A stretch of 64,000 nucleotides of DNA from a virus. Below the pieces are notes generated by a model. The model made no database searches and was not told where the DNA came from. It saw nothing but the letters and a program-made list of their open reading frames with translations. The stretch's first letter is position 1. Each line of letters starts with the position of its first letter. Location of the stretch: the IMG/VR virus record IMGVR_UViG_3300045988_158900; one strand, given 5' to 3'. The position numbers were made by a program, and so were the translations under genes. Below, in pieces: positions 41,235-52,798 of this stretch.

Positions 41235-41490
41235 CCCTGTAAAAGTTCCGCTCGATTCAGCAATGGTCGAGCGGAACACTCGAAACGAATGTATTAATGA
41301 AATTCGTCCTCGTATTCCAGAAGCATTATGGAGTAGAATTTCAGAGGAATTAGTCCGCGACCAATGCCTAAGTTTATGGACTTGTTGCATTGAATGTATT
41401 AAGGAAATGGCTGAGGCTTGGGAAGAACAGAATGGTGAAAACCTTGTATGGGTGCCCGGCCACTATGAAGTCCAAAAGGAGAAAGATTGA
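41224..41490 (+). CDS. hypothetical protein
   Basis: ORF track. Confidence 0.45.
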   Translation: MKYDPVKVPLDSAMVERNTRNECINEIRPRIPEALWSRISEELVRDQCLSLWTCCIECIKEMAEAWEEQNGENLVWVPGHYEVQKEKD

Positions 41491-41732
41491 TGGAAAAGAA
41501 TATCACTCTGAGTGAAGATAAATTTAAGCATATTTATCGCGGTTATCTGAAATATTTGGCACTTCAAAATGGCGGCGTCGATAACTGGTCATGGTATGGA
41601 GATTCACTTGGTAATTTTTTGAAAGAGTGTTATTTAGAAAATCATCCTGGTAAAACTCTTGAAGACCTTTTTGATGAAGACTATGATTTTGACACAGTTG
41701 TTGATGAAGATTTAAAAAATGGAAATTTTTAA
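41487..41732 (+). CDS. hypothetical protein
   Basis: ORF track. Confidence 0.45.
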   Translation: MMEKNITLSEDKFKHIYRGYLKYLALQNGGVDNWSWYGDSLGNFLKECYLENHPGKTLEDLFDEDYDFDTVVDEDLKNGNF

Positions 41733-41734
41733 TT

Positions 41735-41917
41735 ATGATTAATTTACATTTTCATAAAGCAGAGCCTGTTCCATTCTATATCAATACAGTTTTTTCTCTC
41801 TATAAATGCAGCAAATGTGATAAAGTATTATTGGTAAACCGCTATACTGGATACCGCAAATGGCTATCAGAAGAAAAAGCATTATACCAGGCTTATAAAT
41901 CAGAAACAGGGCTATAA
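41735..41917 (+). CDS. hypothetical small protein
   Basis: ORF track. Confidence 0.4.
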   Translation: MINLHFHKAEPVPFYINTVFSLYKCSKCDKVLLVNRYTGYRKWLSEEKALYQAYKSETGL

Positions 41918-41988
41918 GCTCTGTTTTTGATTTTTTATAAAAAATATATTATAATATATATAGAAAGTTAAGAAAGGAATTGATAAAT

Positions 41989-42246
41989 ATGATGTTTATT
42001 ATTTCGATCCTGTTGGTTGGTGTGTTGTTTCTGGTGCCGTCTGCTGTATGCACCTGGCTTTGGGGATTGATTCTTGTACCTATGTTCAATATTGAGCCAA
42101 TCAGTTTTTGGAGTATATATGGTTTGATTTGGATGGTGCAGCTTATGACTGGCAGCTTCTTCGAAGACATTGCTCTGTCTAATTCCTATCTTAATAATGA
42201 ATTGTTTGATAATATTAAATTTAATTCGGAAGATGAGGATAAGTAA
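41989..42246 (+). CDS. small membrane protein
   Basis: ORF track; promoter copy upstream. Confidence 0.4.
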   Translation: MMFIISILLVGVLFLVPSAVCTWLWGLILVPMFNIEPISFWSIYGLIWMVQLMTGSFFEDIALSNSYLNNELFDNIKFNSEDEDK

Positions 42247-42500
42247 TGTTTGAAGAGCACGCATTTTATTGTATGAAGTGCGGCCATCGAGGTATTCCGT
42301 TGGCTCGACGCACAAGTCATCAACACGAACGTTTCCATCGTAAGAAATTGTATTGTCCTTATTGTAAGGAAGAAGTCAATCATATTGAATGCAAGAATGA
42401 GACTGACATTGAAGAATTTTTGAAAAATTTTAACGAAGGGGTGTATGCGAATGAAGTCGAAGACTCTGTGGCTCATTGCCGGAGTGCCTGGAAGTGGTAA
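42246..42500 (+). CDS. zinc-finger small protein
   Basis: CMKCGH...CPYC. Confidence 0.4.
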   Translation: MFEEHAFYCMKCGHRGIPLARRTSHQHERFHRKKLYCPYCKEEVNHIECKNETDIEEFLKNFNEGVYANEVEDSVAHCRSAWKW

Positions 42501-42950
42501 ATCCACTTTCCTCGCCAATCAGGTTAATAAACCTAATGCAAAAATTGTTTCTCGTGATGCCATTCGTTTTAAACTCCTTGGAGATGGAGACGCTTATTTC
42601 AAGAATGAAGATACTGTCTGGAATATGTATGTAGATGCTATCAAGAATAGCCTTCAGGAAAATGAGCATACTATTCTTGATGCCACTCATTTGAATGAAC
42701 GTTCTCGCAATAAAATTCTTGATCGTTTAAATTTAAATGACGTTAATATCAATGTCATTTATTTTAAAGTTCCTCTGAATGTGTGCATTGACCGGAATGC
42801 TCAGCGAACTGGCCGAGCCCATGTGCCGACTGATGTAATTACAAAAATGTATGCTTCTTACCGCTACCCCACCTTTAATGAAAAATACTATTATAATCGT
42901 ATCCTTGAGGTTGATGAAAATGGAAATATTAATGAATGGAGTGATAAGTA
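42451..42950 (+). CDS. P-loop polynucleotide kinase (Pnk-like 5'-kinase)
   Basis: Walker A GVPGSGKST; T4 Pnk-like size; RBS AAGGGG. Confidence 0.55.
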
Positions 42951-43706
42951 ATGGCGATTTTCGCTACGTCAGATATGCACTTCGGGCATGACCGGGAATT
43001 CATTTGGAAGGTTCGTGGATTTAAGTCCATCCAAGAGATGAATGATGAATACGTGAATCGTTGGAATAGCGTGGTTGGCCCTGAAGATGATGTTTATTGC
43101 CTGGGCGATTTAATGCTCGGCGACCCTTCTAATATTGAGTATATTAAGAAACTCAATGGTAAAATCCATATTGTATATGGTAATCATGATACTAATAATC
43201 GGCGTAAAATGTATGCTGAACTTCCTAATGTGGTAGAAGCATCATGGGCGATTATGTTAGATTATAAAAAATATCATTTTTTTATGACACATTTTCCTTG
43301 TATGACTGGTAATTTGGAGAAAGAAAGTTTGAAACAATGCACTTGTAATTTGTTTGGACATACCCATCAGACTACCAATTTCTATAATGATTTGCCATTT
43401 ATGTATCATGTTGGCGTTGATTCTCATGACGGATATCCTGTAAGTCTTGATATTATTATCGAGCAAATGAATGCCAAAGTAAGAGAATGTCGTTCTTACC
43501 TTGATGAAGAGGAAACAATTCCTGCTCCGGTAGAGCGCAAGACCCCTGATTTTCCCGCTCGTTTAACTCAAAAAGAAATGTTAGAGGAGCATAAAGCAAC
43601 TGTTCGTTGTGATAAATGCGTATATAGCGCATGGTTCTGTGGTCAAAATCCCACTGACTGCCATGAGTATCGTCGCGACCCGCCTGATGGTGGTTATTAT
43701 GGCTAA
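42951..43706 (+). CDS. calcineurin-like metallophosphoesterase (bacterial Pnkp-type phosphatase domain-like)
   Basis: DMHFGHD...GDLMLG...GNHD motifs; start abuts the kinase stop (TAAATG). Confidence 0.55.
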   Translation: MAIFATSDMHFGHDREFIWKVRGFKSIQEMNDEYVNRWNSVVGPEDDVYCLGDLMLGDPSNIEYIKKLNGKIHIVYGNHDTNNRRKMYAELPNVVEASWAIMLDYKKYHFFMTHFPCMTGNLEKESLKQCTCNLFGHTHQTTNFYNDLPFMYHVGVDSHDGYPVSLDIIIEQMNAKVRECRSYLDEEETIPAPVERKTPDFPARLTQKEMLEEHKATVRCDKCVYSAWFCGQNPTDCHEYRRDPPDGGYYG

Positions 43707-43781
43707 TTATTAAAATATCAAATGTATACCAAAGTCTATAAAAAGCTTGATATAAAAAATTAAATATTTAAGGAGAAACAA

Positions 43782-45170
43782 ATGGAAATTCTAACTACTA
43801 TTTTGCCTTATCTTCCCATTGTCCTGATTGTAATTGTGGCTCTGATTATCCTTAAAGCCGGATATGTCAAAGCCCCTCCTGATACAGCATTGATTATCTC
43901 TGGTATGCACAAGAAACCAAGAGTTCTCATTGGTAAGGCTGGTATCAGAATTCCCTTCTTCGAGCGAGTAGATAATCTGTCTCTCGGCGCTATTCAGATT
44001 GATGTAAAAACTGGTTCAGCTGTTCCTACCGCAGAATATATTAACGTTAGAGTTGATTCTACCGTATCTGTCCGAGTAGGTCAAAATCCTGAGATGATTG
44101 CTCTTGCTGCTCAAAACTTCCTTAATGTAGACCGTGATACAATTGCTCGAAAGATTAATGACCTCCTGGAAGGTAATATTCGTGAAATTGTTGGTCAAAT
44201 GAAGCTGACTGATATGGTCAGCGATCGCAAGCTGTTTAGTGAAAAGGTTCAGGAAAATGCCGTTCCTGACCTGGCTCGCTATGGTTTGGAGTTGATTACA
44301 TTTAACGTCCAGAACTTTTCTGATGACAATGATGTAATTACTAATCTGGGTATTGATAATGTTGCTCAGATTAGCAAGAACGCCGCAATTGCCAAGTCCA
44401 ATGCTGAGCGTGAAATTGAGGTTGCTAAGGCTGAGAATGCTAAGCAAGCCAATGATGCTAAAGTTAAGGCGGCTGAAGATATTGCTACTCGCAATAATGA
44501 TTTAGCTATTAAGCAGGCACAGCTCCAGCAGGAAGCCGATACTCGTAAAGCACAGGCAGCCGCAGCAACTGGCATTGAGGAAGAGAATCAGCGTAAGATT
44601 AAGGAAGTTGCCGCAACTAATGCTAATATTGCTAAGGCAGAGCGCGAAGCCGAGCTGAAGCAGAAGCAAATTCAGTTGAAGGAATATGAACTGGATGCTC
44701 TGGTTCGTAAGCAGGCTGAGGCTGATAAGTTCGCGGCTGAAAAGCAAGCTGAGGCTGATTTGGTTCGTCGTCAGAAGGAAGCTGAAGCTAAGGCTTATGA
44801 AGCCGTAAAGAATGCTGAAGCTAAGAAGGCTCAGGCTGACGCTGACCGATATGCCGCTGAACAGCAAGCTGCTGGTATTCAGGCAGTTGGTGCCGCTGAG
44901 GCTGCTGCTATTGAAGCTAAGGCTGAAGCTCAGAAAAAGATGGGCGAAGCATCTATTATCGAGATGTATTTCAAGGCGTTGCCTGATGTAGTCGCAAGTG
45001 CGGCTGCTCCTCTGGCTAAGGTTGATAAGATTGTCCAGTATGGCGATGGAAATTCAACCAAGCTGGTCAAGGATGTAATGACTTCCGCGAACCAGATTAT
45101 GGAAGCTATGGCAGATAGTGGCATTGACATTAAGGATATGCTGACCTCTGCTCTGAAGAAGAAAGATTGA
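43782..45170 (+). CDS. SPFH/band-7 (flotillin-like) protein with long Ala/Glu/Lys-rich coiled-coil
   Basis: N-terminal TM helix, SPFH core, then AEAKAYEAVKNAEAKKAQADADRY repeats; GC-richer codon usage. Confidence 0.6.
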   Translation: MEILTTILPYLPIVLIVIVALIILKAGYVKAPPDTALIISGMHKKPRVLIGKAGIRIPFFERVDNLSLGAIQIDVKTGSAVPTAEYINVRVDSTVSVRVGQNPEMIALAAQNFLNVDRDTIARKINDLLEGNIREIVGQMKLTDMVSDRKLFSEKVQENAVPDLARYGLELITFNVQNFSDDNDVITNLGIDNVAQISKNAAIAKSNAEREIEVAKAENAKQANDAKVKAAEDIATRNNDLAIKQAQLQQEADTRKAQAAAATGIEEENQRKIKEVAATNANIAKAEREAELKQKQIQLKEYELDALVRKQAEADKFAAEKQAEADLVRRQKEAEAKAYEAVKNAEAKKAQADADRYAAEQQAAGIQAVGAAEAAAIEAKAEAQKKMGEASIIEMYFKALPDVVASAAAPLAKVDKIVQYGDGNSTKLVKDVMTSANQIMEAMADSGIDIKDMLTSALKKKD

Positions 45171-45288
45171 TTTTATAGACCGCTGATTAATTTCAGCGGT
45201 CTATTTTTATACTTTTGGGTATAATCGACTAATCGCATCCGTGATTTTTTTAGATTTAATAGATATAAAAAATAAAGGAGGCATTAGT

Positions 45289-45813
45289 ATGGTAAATATA
45301 ATGTCAAAAAGTGGACACACTACATATGGATTGACAGAATATGTTCTTGATGAAGAAAAAGAAGTAAATAATTTATCAGTCCTCGATGCACCTGGTTCTA
45401 CTGCATATATTATTGCTACTGGTAATAGTTATATTTTATCAGGTGGAAGTCGCACTTGGAAAAAAATGAAATTAGTAAGTTCTAGTGGAAGTGGAAGTAA
45501 TGCTGAAGCAGAAGCCCGTATTGCTGAGTTAGAAACTCAAGTTGCTGAATATCAAGCAAAAGAAGTTAAAGCAACTAAGTAGATTAATGAACTAACTACT
45601 ACAATCCAAGAGCAAAAAAATACATTAACTGAAAAAGAAACTCAAATTACTACCTTGCAAACAAATTTAAATAATAAAGAAACCGAACTCAATACAACTA
45701 AATCAGAGTTAGCTATAGTTAATAAAAAAGTAGAAAAATTGAGTGATGTTAAGGTCGAAGGAGATACCTTGGTATTGCCTGATGATTTGATTGATACAGT
45801 AGAGGAGGGTTAA
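45289..45813 (+). CDS. hypothetical protein, C-terminal coiled-coil; one in-frame TAG
   Basis: RBS AAAGGAGG; frame continuous through TAG 45580 to TAA 45811-45813. Confidence 0.45.
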
Positions 45814-45814
45814 T

Positions 45815-46843
45815 ATGAATATTTCTAAAATTAAAATCAAAGGATAGATTTATAATATCGTCGATGCCAATGCATACGTCGCAGAAGTAAATGGTGAAAG
45901 ATATGCTAGTTTAAATGAAGCTGTTATTGCTTGCGGGACTGCCCCATCTACTATCACTCTAATTGGTAATGAAGTTATGAGTGCTCAAGTTGTAATTGGC
46001 GATGGACAAGATATTACACTTAATTTAAACGGAAAGTCATTAACCGCGAAACCCAATTGGAATTTTAATTCTGGCCTATTGGCTATCCATCATGGTGGAA
46101 CTCTAACTATTAATGGTGAAGGTGAAATTTTTGGAGTAAGTCCTGGTGGTTGTGTATATTGTGGCATTGTTTTAACAGTTGATAAGACTGATAACGATAG
46201 TTCTAAACCCGCTAGATTAATTGTCAATGGTGGACATATTGTTGGTCAATGCTATGGTATTAGCGGTAATGGTTCTAATGCTGGACGCGGAAATACTGAA
46301 TGTATTATTAATGGTGGTTTAATTGAAGCATCAAGTATCATTACTGGAGAAGATAATTGTGGTTATTATCAACCTCAATTCAATAGTAGAATGACCTTCA
46401 ATGATGGAGTAATTCGTGGCCGTTCAGCTATTGAAATTCGTAGTGGAGATTTTACTATGAATGGTGGTATTGCTGAAGCCTATGGTTTTGCTAATGAATG
46501 TATGGAGAAAAATGGTAGTGGCCCTACCTCAAAAGGCGCTGCGGTTGCCATTGCTCAGCACACTACTAAACAACCTATTAATGTAATTATTAATAATGGA
46601 CAATTAATTGCTGAATGCCCATTTATTGAAGGTAATCCTATGGGTAATGATGAACTATCTATTGCCAGTGTAAAAGCTGAAATTAATGGTGGTTCATTCC
46701 GTCCAGTTGGAATTGGTGGTAGACCATTCCAAGCTGCTGATTTAACTGAATTTGTTAAAGGTGGAGAGTTCCTTCATGATTTTACCGATAAAAAATATTT
46801 AGACCCTACAAAATTTGATGTAGATAATTGGGTATCAATTTAA
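45815..46843 (+). CDS. right-handed beta-helix (pectate-lyase-like) protein, likely tail fibre or tailspike; TAG at codon 11
   Basis: Gly/Asn-rich beta-helix-like repeats; RBS GAGGAGGG. Confidence 0.45.
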
Positions 46844-47017
46844 TATATTTAATGGGAGAGATTAATTTCTCTCCCATTTTTTTTATTTGTTCCCGACTTC
46901 GGTCGTAATTTCGATTCTTCGCGCCTATAGCAATTTTTTAACCAAATAGCGACTATTTGCATTTTCCTATATTTTTTGATATAATATAAATATAAATAAT
47001 AATATAAGGAGAATCAT

Positions 47018-47362
47018 ATGAAAACTTCTTTTGAATATGATAATGGTCAAACACTATGTGTAATTGAATATAAAGACCATTACTTCGTAGGATAGGCTCA
47101 TTGTCATCCAGATGATGAAGATTTTATGAGTGAAAAAACAGGTTGTTTTATCGCCGAATCTCGTGCTCATCAAAAATATTTAAAATTTGTAAAAAATTGT
47201 GAAATTTTACCAAAATTAGAAGCATTAAATCATCTTAAATCAACGTTAGCGGTTTGGGAAAGTGATACCCCTAATTATTTTTCAAGACGATTAAATTCTG
47301 AAATTAAAAATCTTGAAGAAGATTTAATGATGTGTAAACGGGCTATTACTAATGAACAATAG
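47018..47362 (+). CDS. hypothetical protein (ends at TAG; could extend to TAA about 47443 if TAG is always sense)
   Basis: ORF track 47126..47362 extended to ATG 47018 with RBS AAGGAGAA. Confidence 0.4.
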
Positions 47363-47737
47363 TATTTACACGGCTATATTAAAGAAAAAGATAAATTATA
47401 TAAACGCATTCGTCTGAAGAACGGAACAACGGACAATTCAAATTAATATTCGTATCTAAAAATTTAAATTTAGAAACGGAAGGGTGAATACTATCGAATA
47501 TTTATTAGTTTTTCTCGCTGGCATAATTTTTTCTGATTATATTATCCCTTGCTTAGATGGCTTACTCAAAGTATTTTTAACTTAGCTCGAATGTGTTAAA
47601 CAAACTTATGCTGAAAAAATGTCAGAGAGTGAGGCTCGCATTAAGGCCCTTTCTAATCCTACTACAATAGTTAAAAAAATTGGTTTTACTGTTGAAGAAA
47701 AGGAAGAAGAATCTAAAACAGAAGAGGAAGATACTGA

Positions 47738-48991
47738 ATGATAAAAACAAGACAATTCTATGATACCTGTAGCCTGCTTCTGAGAGCGGGGAATTTGTTT
47801 GACGAACCAGAAGATTTTATTATTTCTTCAATTACATTACAAGAATTGGAAAATATAAAAACATCAACTAATAAAGATGATAATGTAAAATTTTCAGCTC
47901 GTCAACTTCTCCACGATTTAGATGAGCATTTTGGTCAATATTTAATTATTAATTACCAAAATACATATGCTCAAAATATAACACAAAGAGATTTTGAATT
48001 AACTAATGATACAAAAATTCTGAGCTGTTATTTGGAATGTGTGCGATTATTTCCAGAAGAAAAAATAGTATTTATTACTAATGACTTAGCCTTAAAAAGT
48101 ATCGCACGAGTATTTACTTCTAATATCCAATCATTAGAAGAAGATAAACCCGATGACTATACTGGATATAAAGAAATTACCATGTCTGATGACTGTATGG
48201 GTGATTTTTATACAAATCCAAGTGAAAATGAATGGAATCTTCAAATTGGTGAATATATCCTTGTTAAAAACACAGAAGGAGAAATTGTTGATCGTTTATG
48301 TTGGAATGGCGAATATTATCGACATTTAGATTATAAATCATTTAATTCACGATGGTTCGGCGAAGTCAAACCAATTAAAGGAGATGCTTATCAATAGCTT
48401 GCTTGCGATAGTTTAGTAAACAATAGAATTACTATGTTGAAAGGCCCAGCAGGAACAGGTAAGACTTATCTTGCTCTTGGATTTTTACTCCATATGCTTG
48501 ACCGTGGCCAAATTGATAAAGTTATTATTTTCTGTAATACTGTAGCAACTAAAAATTCTGCTAAATTAGGTTTTTATCCCGGCAGCCGAGATGAAAAACT
48601 TCTTGATTCTCAAATCGGCAATCTATTAATTAGTAAATTAGGAGATAGAATTGCTGTTGAAGAATTAATGAATCGTGAAAAATTAATTCTATTGCCTATG
48701 TCAGATATTAGAGGTTATGATACTACTGGTATGAATGCTGGTATTTATATCTCAGAAGCACAAAATCTTGATATTACTTTAATGAAATTAGCTTTACAGC
48801 GTATTGGTGAAGATAGCATTTGTATCATTGATGGCGATGCTTAGACTTAGGTTGATGACGTGCATTTTGCTGGCGCAAATAATGGTATGCGTCGAGCATC
48901 TAAGGTATTTAGAGGTAGCGATGTATATGGTGAAGTAGAGTTAAAAACAATTCATCGTAGTAAAATTGCAGAAATTGCTCAAAAAATGTAA
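47738..48991 (+). CDS. PIN-domain plus PhoH-like ATPase (PhoH2 type); three in-frame TAGs
   Basis: ORFs 47738..48397 and 48434..48844 share one frame joined by TAG; Walker A GPAGTGKT; PhoH motif DGDAQTQVDD with TAG at the conserved Gln. Confidence 0.6.
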
Positions 48992-49002
48992 TAAGCCAAT
49001 TT

Positions 49003-49030
49003 AGAGACATCTTTTGGGATGTCTCTTTTT
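49003..49030 (+). terminator. rho-independent terminator
   Basis: AGAGACATCTTTTGGGATGTCTCT plus T5. Confidence 0.65.
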
Positions 49031-49064
49031 ATATATATAATTTTTTAAAGAGAGGAATGATTAA

Positions 49065-50903
49065 ATGACTGCTATTGAAAAAGCTTGGCGTGAATACGTC
49101 GTTTATTTAGCACAGTCATATATTGGATGCAAAGAATCTGATGGTAGTCATAAAAAAATTGTAGATTTATACAATTCTCATAAACCATTAGCTCGTAGTT
49201 ATACATTAAAATATACTGATTCTTGGTGTTCTGGATTTGCATCTGCTATAGCAATTAAAGCTGGATTGACAGATATTATTCCAACAGAAGTAGGATGTGA
49301 AAAACATGTTCAACTATTTAAAAATCATCCTATTAGTAAATGGGAAGAGGATGGAACTAAAGCACCTGAACCCGGCGATTATATTTTTTATAATTGGGAT
49401 AAGTCTAGCCAGCCTAATGATGGTTCTGCTGACCATGTTGGTATTGTAGAACGAGTAAATAATAATGTAATTACTACTATTGAAGGCAATTATAGTGATA
49501 GCGTTAAACGCAGAACTTTAATTATTGGCGCTGGAAATATTCGTGGTTATGGACGCCCAGCATATTGGACTCTAAAAACTATGCCACCATCATATGAACG
49601 TGATACTTCTGCTACTTCTACAACAGCTTTGCTTAAACGCGGAGATAAAAATGACGCTGTGCGCGCTTTACAAAATAATTTAATTTCTCTAGGTTATTCT
49701 TGTGGTTCTGCTAGAGCTGATGGAGACTTTGGTCCCGGAACTGAAGCAGCAGTTCGTTCTTTCTAGTCTAAAAATGGTTTAACTGTTGATGGAATTGCTG
49801 GACCAGCTACTCTATCAGCAATTCGAACTGCATTGAAAAAAGCTTCACAACCTACAATGACAAGTAAATTAAAATATACAGATAGCAACCCTCCATTTAT
49901 TTGTATGTAGAAAAATAGCACTTGTTATAAAGGCACAAGTAAAATGCAGATTAAAGGAGTTTTATGGCATAGCACCGGTGCTAATAACACTTGGTTAAAA
50001 CGTTATGTTTAGCCCTATGAAGGCGATTCTGGTTATAATGAAGCAATAGCAAAATTAGGTAAAAATGTAAATAAAAATGACTGGAATCATATTACTCGTC
50101 AAGCTGGATTAAATGCTTGGGTAGGTAAAATGGGTGATGGTATTGTTGGTTGTGTCCAAACAATGCCTTGGGATTATCGCCCTTGGGGCTGTGGCAGTGG
50201 ACCAAAAGGCTCTTGTAATGATGGTTGGATTCAATTCGAAATTTGTGAAGATGGTCTAGCCAATGAAGCTTATTTAAAACAAGTATATGAAGAAGCGTGC
50301 CAATTAACGGCCTATTTATGTAAAAAATATAATATTGACCCAAATGGCACAGTTAATTTTAAAGGTGTAAATGTTCCTACAATTCTCTGTCATGCTGATA
50401 GTAATGCTTTAGGCTTAGGTTCAAACCATGGTGATATTAACCATTGGTTCCCCAAATTTGGTAAATCAATGGCAACAGTTCGTGCTGATGTAGCTAAATT
50501 AATGAATGCTACTTCTTCATCTACTCCATCAAATACTCCTAATTCATCTACTACTAAAGTTCAATTATATCGTATCCGTAAAACTTGGGCTGATAGTAAA
50601 ACTCAAATGGGAGCATATAGTTCATTAGAAAATGCTAAAAATGCTTGCGATAAATTAGGGGGAGATTATAAAGTATTTGACGCTGAAGGTAAAATAATTT
50701 ATACCCCAGCTAAACCATTTACCCCCTATATAGTTCGTGTTAATGTTGAAAAATTAAATGTCCGCGCTCAACCAAATAATACTAGTAAAGTAGTAATGGT
50801 TTTAAATAAGGGTGCTTATACTATAGTTGAAGAGAAAAATGGATTCGGTAAACTAAAAAGTGGTGCCGGATGGATTAATCTTGCCTATACAACTAAGAAA
50901 TAA
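49065..50903 (+). CDS. multidomain endolysin: CHAP-like domain, peptidoglycan-binding domain, amidase-like domain and C-terminal cell-wall-binding region; three in-frame TAGs
   Basis: ORFs 49065..49766 and 50130..50903 share one frame; the peptidoglycan-binding repeat ends AVRSF-TAG-SKNGLTVDGIAG where the consensus has FQ. Confidence 0.55.
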
Positions 50904-50905
50904 TT

Positions 50906-51277
50906 ATGGCTAAAAAAGATATGCGTTAGAAGAAAAAAGAATTTTCAAAAACCTTACTAATACAAGAATCTATATTAATATGGATAACTACCATATGTTT
51001 TATTGTATTGGCGTTTTATTGTGTAATAAAATAGTATTTTGGTGAATTACCTTGGCTTACCGCTATGGCAGCATTCCCTTGGAGTGCTTATGGTGTAAGT
51101 CAAGTATTTTATTATAAAAAAGCCGCGTTAGAAAATACAAAGGATGGTGTTAAATTTGAAAGTATTATACGAAGTATCGATAATGCTTATGTTAATACAA
51201 CCTATCCTCATCAAGATGTTTCAACCGATGATATAATTAATGAATTTTCTGGAAATTCTCAAGATCCAGTTGGATAA
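50906..51277 (+). CDS. holin-like small membrane protein (one in-frame TAG)
   Basis: Immediately after the endolysin; hydrophobic helix ILIWITTICFIVLAFYCVI. Confidence 0.4.
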
Positions 51278-51386
51278 TCTATTTACAGGGTTAGCGAATT
51301 AATTCGCTAACCCTTATTTTTTTTATTTGCTATTTCTTAATTTATTTGTTATAATATAATTAAATTAATAAAGGAGTATGATTTTT

Positions 51387-52436
51387 ATGAGTTTTACACC
51401 TTCTGAAATTGATTTAATTATTAAAACCAGAATAGAACATGGTGAAACTGTTTATAATTTAGCTACTGGCGACCCTAATTATCCAGTCCCGCCTCGAATC
51501 ATGGGTGGACTATCATATGCTATGAATATGGGTATCCATAATTATAGTCCAGTAACAGGATATCAAAGTTTGCGTCAAAAAATTTATCCTAGCCATCCCA
51601 CTCGCGTTGTTATTGGCAATGGCGCAAAAGAGCTTATTAATCTTGCTATTCAAGCAACTAAAAAAGATACTGAAAAAAATGAATATATCGTATGCGGACC
51701 CACTTGGTCATGCTATACTGATATGATTAGAAATGCCGGTGGTATAGTTAGATATATCGATTTATCTGACTTCACTAAAATTTTACAAAAAATTTCTAAT
51801 TTTGTCAATTCGAATACGCGAGCGATTGTGCTAAACAATCCGAATAACCCAACAGGAAAAATTTATGGCCCATCTACTATTCGACGCCTTGTGGATATGG
51901 CTGAGGAAAATAATTTTTATCTTATTGTAGATGAAGTCTATGAAGATTTTATTTATGATAAAGAAAAAACTAGTTATATGTCAGCGCAAATGTGGCCTAA
52001 TACTGTTGTAATTAAAAGTTTTTCTAAAAAATATTCTCTAACTGGATGGCGTTTTGGATATGCAATTTGTGGTAATAGTATGATTGCATCTAATATGATT
52101 CATATTAAATCTAATACTATTGGACCTCCTAATTCTCTTATCCAAAAGGCAGTTGAATATAATTGGGATAATATTATTGATAATAGAATTGTTGATTATA
52201 AAGCACGCAGAGATTATTTGGCGGAATCATGTGGTTGGAAAGCTCCTGATGCGGGGCTGTATTTTTGTGTCCCTGTAAAGAATTTTGACAAAACATTTAA
52301 AGAATTGGCGGAACAAGATATTTATATTCTCTCTGGAGAGAATTATAATATGCCTGGTTATGCGCGAATTTCATTTGCCAACACCTCGCTCGATGACTTA
52401 AAGAAAATTCAACCAATTTTAGCCACGATTTCTTGA
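51387..52436 (+). CDS. class I/II PLP-dependent aminotransferase
   Basis: NPNNPTGKIY and SFSKKYSLTGWRFGY (PLP-lysine) motifs. Confidence 0.6.
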   Translation: MSFTPSEIDLIIKTRIEHGETVYNLATGDPNYPVPPRIMGGLSYAMNMGIHNYSPVTGYQSLRQKIYPSHPTRVVIGNGAKELINLAIQATKKDTEKNEYIVCGPTWSCYTDMIRNAGGIVRYIDLSDFTKILQKISNFVNSNTRAIVLNNPNNPTGKIYGPSTIRRLVDMAEENNFYLIVDEVYEDFIYDKEKTSYMSAQMWPNTVVIKSFSKKYSLTGWRFGYAICGNSMIASNMIHIKSNTIGPPNSLIQKAVEYNWDNIIDNRIVDYKARRDYLAESCGWKAPDAGLYFCVPVKNFDKTFKELAEQDIYILSGENYNMPGYARISFANTSLDDLKKIQPILATIS

Positions 52437-52496
52437 CAATTCTAAAAATTTTTGATATAATATAAATATAAAAATAATTAGAAGGAAATTTAATAA

Positions 52497-52742
52497 ATGA
52501 TTAATTATGATATAAAAGAATTTGAAAAAATGAAAAAAATTGGTTCAAAATCTAATGTAGAAGAGTATATCCGTCTTTTTAATTATTTAATAAAAGAATA
52601 TGATTTTTCTTTTATTAAATTTACAAATAATGAAAATGAAAAAGAAAAAATTGATATACTTCATTTTTTCCAATATTTTCATCATAATTATAAATTTTAT
52701 TTATCTTCAACAAATACTGCTCTATTTTATGAAAAAAAGTAA
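52497..52742 (+). CDS. hypothetical small protein
   Basis: ORF track. Confidence 0.4.
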   Translation: MINYDIKEFEKMKKIGSKSNVEEYIRLFNYLIKEYDFSFIKFTNNENEKEKIDILHFFQYFHHNYKFYLSSTNTALFYEKK

Positions 52743-52798
52743 AATCTATTTATAAAAAAAATATAAAAAAAAGAAATAATTGGAAGGAGATTTAATAA

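Noticed and set aside
40464-41390. 308-aa minus-strand ORF antisense to the RNA ligase
   Set aside because: Antisense artefact; the sense strand carries the KxHG ligase motif and an RBS.
45813-45850. Apparent frameshift at the start of the beta-helix gene
   Set aside because: Caused by my own mis-indexing of one line. The frame is continuous from ATG 45815 through a sense TAG at codon 11.
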